Both the position numbers and the translations under genes were made by a program. A DNA stretch of 64,000 bases from Candidatus Micrarchaeia archaeon (GTDB lineage Archaea > Micrarchaeota > Micrarchaeia > CABMEP01), in the NCBI GenBank assembly GCA_038881595.1, contig JAVZPM010000004.1, forward strand, positions 13,567-77,566, in the 5' to 3' direction. Every line of letters starts with the position of its first letter. The stretch's first letter is position 1. This document shows, in pieces, positions 58,488 through 64,000 of this stretch. The notes beneath the pieces are model-generated. The model was given only the letters and a program-made list of their open reading frames with translations. It did no database searches and was not told the DNA's origin.

Positions 58488-61253
58488 TTATCTTCTCTCT
58501 CCATACTCTTTGACGAATTGAATATATTCCTTCAGCATTGGAACTGTTACTGAAGGAGTTCTCTCTGAGATTATTTCTAAAACCATCTCTGTTGTTACTG
58601 GAATCTCTCCCTGCCCGCTTATCTTGCTTTTAACAACCTGCATCTTTGCCTCCTGACAAATGCTTGCAATATCTGCAGGTGTAAATCCTTCTGTTTCTTC
58701 TGCAAGTTTTTCATAATCTATTGTTTCTGATCCTGGTACTCCCTTAAGATGATATTGGAAATGCTTGGCCCTATCTTTTTCATTTGGAGGACCTACAAAA
58801 AATATCTTGTCTAATCTCCCAGGTCTTAGTAAAGCACTGTCTATCATTGATGGTTTATTCGTTGCTCCAACTAAAATTACGTTTTTTAAATTCTTTAAGC
58901 CATCCATCTGTTGAAGTATCTCTGAAACAATATCTTCAGTTATCTTTGATGCATAAATGTCACGAGATGGAGCTATGGACTCAAGTTCATCTATAAAAAT
59001 AACTGCAGGCGCGTTCTCTCTTGCCCTGTTGAAAGTTTCTCTTATCAGCTTTACTGCATTCTCATATCCATATCTTGAAAGATCGGATGGTGTAAGACTT
59101 ATGAAATTTGCCTTTAACTCATGCGAAGCTGCTTTAACAACATAGGTCTTACCTGTACCTGGTGGACCGAAGAGAAGAATTCCTTTGATAGGTTGGATGT
59201 TGTATTTCTTCAATTCTTCTTCATGAAGGAGAGGAAGTTCGATCGCTTCAGTCAATGCCCTTTTTATATCTTCCATTCCTATTACATCATCCCAAGTAAC
59301 TACACGTTCTTCAACTGGTTTTATTTCTTCTCTCATTGTTCTTCTTTCAAAATCATTTCTGAATTTCTGATAATCATCAAGCATCTCGAAGGTTACTGAA
59401 GGCTTGACAGATTTAATTACAGAAACAAAATCCTCCATAGTGATGGGAACGACTTTTCCTTTTTCCATCGCAGAAGGAGCAGCCTTTCTTGCAGCTTCGA
59501 TGCATACGTTTGCAATATCTGCTCCAGTGAATCTTTCTGTCATCTTTGCAAGCTTTGCGAAATCTACATCATCCGAAAGTGGAAGATCCTTCGTAATTGT
59601 CTTGAATATTGCTTCTCTTCCTTTTGCATCTGGAGGTGGCATGTATATTATTTTATCAAATCTTCCTGGTCTCAATAAGGCAGGATCAAGCTGGTGCGGT
59701 ATGTTTGTTGCTGCTACTACTATTACTTGCTCTTTCTCTTTCATTCCATCCATCTCTGCAAGCAGCGTGCTTAACGCCCTTGCAACTGTTTGATCAGATT
59801 CCCCATATCCTGAAAAGTCTCTTTTCTTTCCTATAGCATCTATTTCATCAAAGAAAAGAACAACTGGGGCATTCTTTCTTGCAACATCGAAAAGCTTGGA
59901 AATATTCTTTTCTGACTCTCCTAAATACTGACCAAGGATATCGGATGTCTTTACATAATAGAAATGCATTCTCAATTCTTTTGCCAATGCTGACATTAAT
60001 AATGTTTTACCTGTACCTGGTGGACCGAATAAAAGAATTCCCTTTGGTGGCCTAATTCCATAAAGAACTGACAACTCACCATGGCGTAGCGGCATAAGGA
60101 TGGATTCTTTTATCTCTGCCTTTGTGGAATCATAATTTCCAACATCATCCAAACTCTTTGGACCTGATTTTGAAACACTCAAATCAGTTAACCCTGGAAT
60201 TCCAAACAAACCTTTTTTCTGTTCTGCTACAATTTCTTCTTCCTTTGTCAACTTTATATTATAGTTATCAAGAATCCACATCGCACCGATCGTAACTACA
60301 ACAGAAGGAATTATCATAAGATTAAATTCAGTTCCAGACAATTCTGAAGAAATGAAATGAATTGGTATTAAAGCAAGAAGAACCAAAGAAGGAACAAATT
60401 GTGACCATTTTCCATAAAGTATTATTGGAAGATAGGCTAGAAGAAAGAAAACAATAGACCATGTAATTATTTGAAGTAAACCTGCATCAGCAAAAAATAG
60501 ATCCATTGTTGCCTGGCCCCAGATTGAGATCAGAGTGTTGACCTCTCTCATTACATCTGGCGAAAACATATTTCCTATTGCCTTTGGAATCTCTCCTGCA
60601 AGAACCAGCATCTCTGGCTCATATTTAGAAGGAATTAAAGCTCGATTAGTTACAAACGAATTTGATGAAAGAGTAAGGAAAGCTGAATTCTGAACATTCC
60701 AGAATGCACTAAGCAAAAGTATAAGATAGAATGTGACTGGAAGAACATAAAGCGTCTTCTTTGATCCAAGATAAAGAGATGTGACTGCAAAAACCAATAC
60801 TGTAAGTGGCCCGAGAATAAGATCATAGGGCGGTGGGGCAAATGGTGCTGAGATCATAAAAAGCAATGCTGCTATGATATACCAGTTGTTGAATACAAGG
60901 AAGAAAACCAGACCTATTGCAAGAAGAAAAAGCCAAGAAAAGACAGGAACCTGATAAGATACTGCAGGAAGAATGCAAAGAAATGAAGCAACTGTTCCAA
61001 AAATTGGATGATGATAACCTATTATGAAAAGAGCGATTGCAATCAAAGGTAAAAGCATTCCATAGAATGGAAAGAACAAAGCAAATGAAATAAAACCTCC
61101 AGAGATGAGAAGACCTTGCCAGAATTGTGGGTTTTGTGCTATCTTTGTACTTATTGCCCTTATTCTTGCAAGCTGGAACTTTAATTCTGTTCCATCTCCA
61201 TTTTTGCTTTCTTTCTTTATCATTTCTGCTTCTTTTGGATTCTTTTCTTGCAT
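58488..61253 (-). CDS. CDC48-like tandem AAA+ ATPase with a multi-pass membrane N-terminal domain
   Basis: Two GPPGTGKT Walker A, FFDEID and FIDELE Walker B, two ALLRPGR(F/L)D SRH motifs; aa ~45-330 are mostly hydrophobic helices. Confidence 0.9.
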   Translation of the reverse strand: MQEKNPKEAEMIKKESKNGDGTELKFQLARIRAISTKIAQNPQFWQGLLISGGFISFALFFPFYGMLLPLIAIALFIIGYHHPIFGTVASFLCILPAVSYQVPVFSWLFLLAIGLVFFLVFNNWYIIAALLFMISAPFAPPPYDLILGPLTVLVFAVTSLYLGSKKTLYVLPVTFYLILLLSAFWNVQNSAFLTLSSNSFVTNRALIPSKYEPEMLVLAGEIPKAIGNMFSPDVMREVNTLISIWGQATMDLFFADAGLLQIITWSIVFFLLAYLPIILYGKWSQFVPSLVLLALIPIHFISSELSGTEFNLMIIPSVVVTIGAMWILDNYNIKLTKEEEIVAEQKKGLFGIPGLTDLSVSKSGPKSLDDVGNYDSTKAEIKESILMPLRHGELSVLYGIRPPKGILLFGPPGTGKTLLMSALAKELRMHFYYVKTSDILGQYLGESEKNISKLFDVARKNAPVVLFFDEIDAIGKKRDFSGYGESDQTVARALSTLLAEMDGMKEKEQVIVVAATNIPHQLDPALLRPGRFDKIIYMPPPDAKGREAIFKTITKDLPLSDDVDFAKLAKMTERFTGADIANVCIEAARKAAPSAMEKGKVVPITMEDFVSVIKSVKPSVTFEMLDDYQKFRNDFERRTMREEIKPVEERVVTWDDVIGMEDIKRALTEAIELPLLHEEELKKYNIQPIKGILLFGPPGTGKTYVVKAASHELKANFISLTPSDLSRYGYENAVKLIRETFNRARENAPAVIFIDELESIAPSRDIYASKITEDIVSEILQQMDGLKNLKNVILVGATNKPSMIDSALLRPGRLDKIFFVGPPNEKDRAKHFQYHLKGVPGSETIDYEKLAEETEGFTPADIASICQEAKMQVVKSKISGQGEIPVTTEMVLEIISERTPSVTVPMLKEYIQFVKEYGERR

Positions 61254-61548
61254 AAGAAACTATGTCAATAAAGGTTTAAAAACTTTAAAATTAATTGAAC
61301 TTAATAACATAATAAAATAAAAAGATTTTTCTGAACAAAGCAAAAAAATAAAAAAAGAAGAACATTCTTAAGATCCAACTTTCTGAAAATTACTTTACTG
61401 TATAAATATCTATTATTTTTTGATCTGTCAACATATCAAAAGTAACAAATTTGGGATTTATGTATTTCATTGTTTCAAGTAAGTCATTGACTTGAACAGA
61501 ACTAGTTAGCAATTATATCAACATCTCTGTAAAATTGACTCTTTCTGT

Positions 61549-62694
61549 TTATTTATAATTCTGGACAGCTTTAATTTCTGAGTCTTCTAGTTTGTAATAT
61601 TCTGGATTCTTTAAAATAAAATTCCTCATAATCTTTAATTGAGAAAGAACCTCTCTACTCGAAAGATGTATTCTTTCTCCTATTTTCTTGCATGCTGAAT
61701 TTAATATTGATCGGGATGCGATTGAATATGACATTTTTTGAACATATGTCGGAAACTTGTACTTTACAAATTTGTTATAATTATTTTTCTTTGCTGCTGC
61801 AACGCCACATGATGATAATTCAGTTACATATTTTAATAAGTTCCAACTCTGTCTTTTTGTTATTCTTCCATTAAACACGTCTGCGCGTGAAAGATAATCA
61901 TATGCTTCTTTTATTTCATTTGGATTTTGATATTCATTTGGTATATTCTCTTCTATCCATAATACCTGCATATCTGGATCAATATCTACATCCCAGAATG
62001 CTGATCTTGCGGTTTGATAATCCTGTGTTTTGAAAACTAATGCCACTGCCTTGTAAACATCTTTTTCTCTGTCTCTGTAGGTGATTGTTGCTGTAAGATC
62101 GATTAATGCAGACCTTACATCTCCATTTGAACGATCGGCTATCTCCTCTATTTGCAAATCTGAAATCTGTATCCCTTCTTTATTTGCAATGTCTCTTAGA
62201 TATTTCTTAAGTATTCTTTTATCCACACCTTTCATTTCTAACATTTCTACTTCTGGAAGAAGAGATTTAAGTTTCTGAATATAGACTTGGTTTGCAATTA
62301 AGATAATAGGTTGTTTTGATTTCTCTATTACATTTATAACTGCCCCTACCCCTCCTCTATCTTCCTGTCCCGCCAATCCATCAATCTCATCAATTACTAT
62401 AAGTTTCAATCTTCCTGTAAGAGTAGCTTGTGTAGCTGTATTTGAAAGGATAGAATCTATTACAGATTTATTTCTTGTATCACTTGCATTTATTTCAAAT
62501 ATCTCCCAATCCATATCATTTGCTAATGCATGTGCAATCGAAGTTTTACCACAGCCAGGCCTACCATAAAGAAGAATTGGTTTTTGTGGAATTCCATCTT
62601 CCCAATTTTTAGCCCAAATTGTGAGTCTGTCTATTATTGCATCTTGACCAATTATGTCTGATAATTTTTTAGGTCTATATTTTTCAACTATCAT
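61549..62694 (-). CDS. rfcL: Replication factor C large subunit
   Basis: VEKYRPK, GRPGCGKT, EINASDTR, DEIDG, WIEENIP, LSRADVF. Confidence 0.94.
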   Translation of the reverse strand: MIVEKYRPKKLSDIIGQDAIIDRLTIWAKNWEDGIPQKPILLYGRPGCGKTSIAHALANDMDWEIFEINASDTRNKSVIDSILSNTATQATLTGRLKLIVIDEIDGLAGQEDRGGVGAVINVIEKSKQPIILIANQVYIQKLKSLLPEVEMLEMKGVDKRILKKYLRDIANKEGIQISDLQIEEIADRSNGDVRSALIDLTATITYRDREKDVYKAVALVFKTQDYQTARSAFWDVDIDPDMQVLWIEENIPNEYQNPNEIKEAYDYLSRADVFNGRITKRQSWNLLKYVTELSSCGVAAAKKNNYNKFVKYKFPTYVQKMSYSIASRSILNSACKKIGERIHLSSREVLSQLKIMRNFILKNPEYYKLEDSEIKAVQNYK

Positions 62695-62792
62695 GATTTC
62701 ACTTAATATTTTCCCTATAGGTTGAATGATAAGTAAAAACATTTATGAAGGTTTTCAAACTAAATTTCAACTATTAAGTAAAGAGTGAAAAA

Positions 62793-63578
62793 ATGGAACC
62801 GAAAAAAGTTTTGGTTGTTTATAGCGATAGTAAAACAAAAGAGCATAAGAAAACAATCACAGAAATTAAGAGAGTGCTTGCAAAGTATAAAATAAATTCA
62901 GTTTTTGTTAAAAAGGAAGATAAAAAGAAAAAATTACCTAAAAATACCGATCTAGTAATTAGTGTAGGTGGAGATGGTACGTTTATTGATGCTTCTCACT
63001 TGATAAAGGACGATACTTTAATACTTGGGGTAAATTCTGATCCGTTATCAAGTGAAGGAGCACATACGAATATTACAAGAAAAGATTTTGAAAAAAGAAT
63101 TCTACAAATAATAAATGGTGATTTCGCAGTTGAAAAATGGACAAGATTAGAAGTGATAATAAATAGTTCTAAGAAAAAAGAATATGCACTAAACGAGATT
63201 TATATCGGTGCTTCCCATATATACAATACTTCACGCTACTCTCTCTTTGTCAATGGAAAATGGGAAAGACAAAAAAGTTCAGGAATTCTTATTTCTACAG
63301 GATGCGGGTCAACTGCATGGTATTCCTCTGCAGGTGGAAGGCCATTCAGCAAGACTGCAAAAGAAGGGAGATTTATAGTAAGGGAACCTTATTGTGGTCA
63401 CCTGGTATGTGGAAGAACGATAAGCGGCATTATCAAAGAGGGAGAAGAATTGAAAATAAAATCAGAAATGAGAGATGGGATGATTGCAATTGATTCATTC
63501 AAGGAATACAAATTTCCTAAAGAAAAAATAGTTACTGTTAAAGTGTCAAATAAATCTCTTAATGTGGTTGTTTTTTAA
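62793..63578 (+). CDS. NAD(+) kinase family protein
   Basis: GGDGTF, ALNE, STGCGSTAWYSSAGG. Confidence 0.9.
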   Translation: MEPKKVLVVYSDSKTKEHKKTITEIKRVLAKYKINSVFVKKEDKKKKLPKNTDLVISVGGDGTFIDASHLIKDDTLILGVNSDPLSSEGAHTNITRKDFEKRILQIINGDFAVEKWTRLEVIINSSKKKEYALNEIYIGASHIYNTSRYSLFVNGKWERQKSSGILISTGCGSTAWYSSAGGRPFSKTAKEGRFIVREPYCGHLVCGRTISGIIKEGEELKIKSEMRDGMIAIDSFKEYKFPKEKIVTVKVSNKSLNVVVF

Positions 63579-63661
63579 AACAAGAACAAATGAAAATAAA
63601 AGAATAAGAAATAAATAGAATAGTAATAAAAAAATAAAAAAATTAAACTGATATAAAAAAA

Positions 63662-64000
63662 TTAAACTTCTCTTGCAACTTCAAAGATTTCTCTTAAGCA
63701 GACAACAGCAAGGCCTGGAGCTACAAAGAAGACTATATTTTGTGTTATTGATACTAATGCAACACTTACGTCTCCAAGCTGCAATGCTCTTAAAAGAGAT
63801 TCAAACATTGCTGCTGCAATCAGAAATCCAATGTTTGCCAATACGTATCTGTCAAGTTCTTTGTCAGTTACGTTTGCAATTCCTACAATTATACCTAGTA
63901 TTCCCAATACTGCAAGATTTACATTCAATCCTCCTATTGCCTTTGGGAATAATCCAAGTATAATTGCAGCCACCCTTCCTAAGATAAAGGCCCATGGCCC
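63662..64000 (-). CDS. Small multi-pass membrane protein (5' end outside the window)
   Basis: Frame stays open to the window edge (GPWAFILGRVAAIILG...); about four hydrophobic helices. Confidence 0.7.
   Translation of the reverse strand, partial: GPWAFILGRVAAIILGLFPKAIGGLNVNLAVLGILGIIVGIANVTDKELDRYVLANIGFLIAAAMFESLLRALQLGDVSVALVSITQNIVFFVAPGLAVVCLREIFEVAREV

Noticed and set aside
1..64000. Alternative genetic code suggested by the unusual aRF1
   Set aside because: Conserved genes end in TAA, TAG and TGA at expected positions and contain no internal stops.

Overview
AT-rich archaeal chromosomal window, most likely from a DPANN archaeon and probably Ca. Micrarchaeota. The lineage is an inference from the archaeal-type ribosomal, RNAP, thermosome and aRF1 genes, GGTGA-type RBS, T-loop tRNA introns and orphan Cys-rich surface proteins. 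Most of it is housekeeping: the S13-S4-S11-RpoD-tRNA-Leu-L18e-L13-S9-RpoN-tRNA-Pro-S2 superoperon, cbf5, secDF, Gly/Val/Ser-tRNA synthetases, FtsZ, Lhr, Hef-like helicase, PINA, thermosome, PyrH, RFC-L, NAD kinase and an S-layer gene. No CRISPR array, rRNA or intact IS element was seen. Most notable observations: (1) a bacterial-type nrdR-nrdJ module with two NrdR-box-like sites 32 bp apart just downstream of an archaeal TATA box, plus a long hairpin in the nrdJ leader; (2) an aRF1 whose catalytic GGQ reads GGS; (3) a CDC48-like double-AAA ATPase with a multi-pass membrane N-domain, next to the S-layer gene and two paralogous Cys-patterned membrane proteins; (4) an orphan with an outer-membrane beta-barrel-like C-terminus; (5) tandem DEDDh exonucleases, one lacking a canonical start codon; (6) a degenerate agmatinase-like gene beside deoxyhypusine synthase; (7) three intron-containing tRNAs, two with T-loop introns; (8) an unannotated frameshifted pseudogene; (9) several structured mRNA leaders. 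All calls come from motif recognition by eye; no database searches were run.
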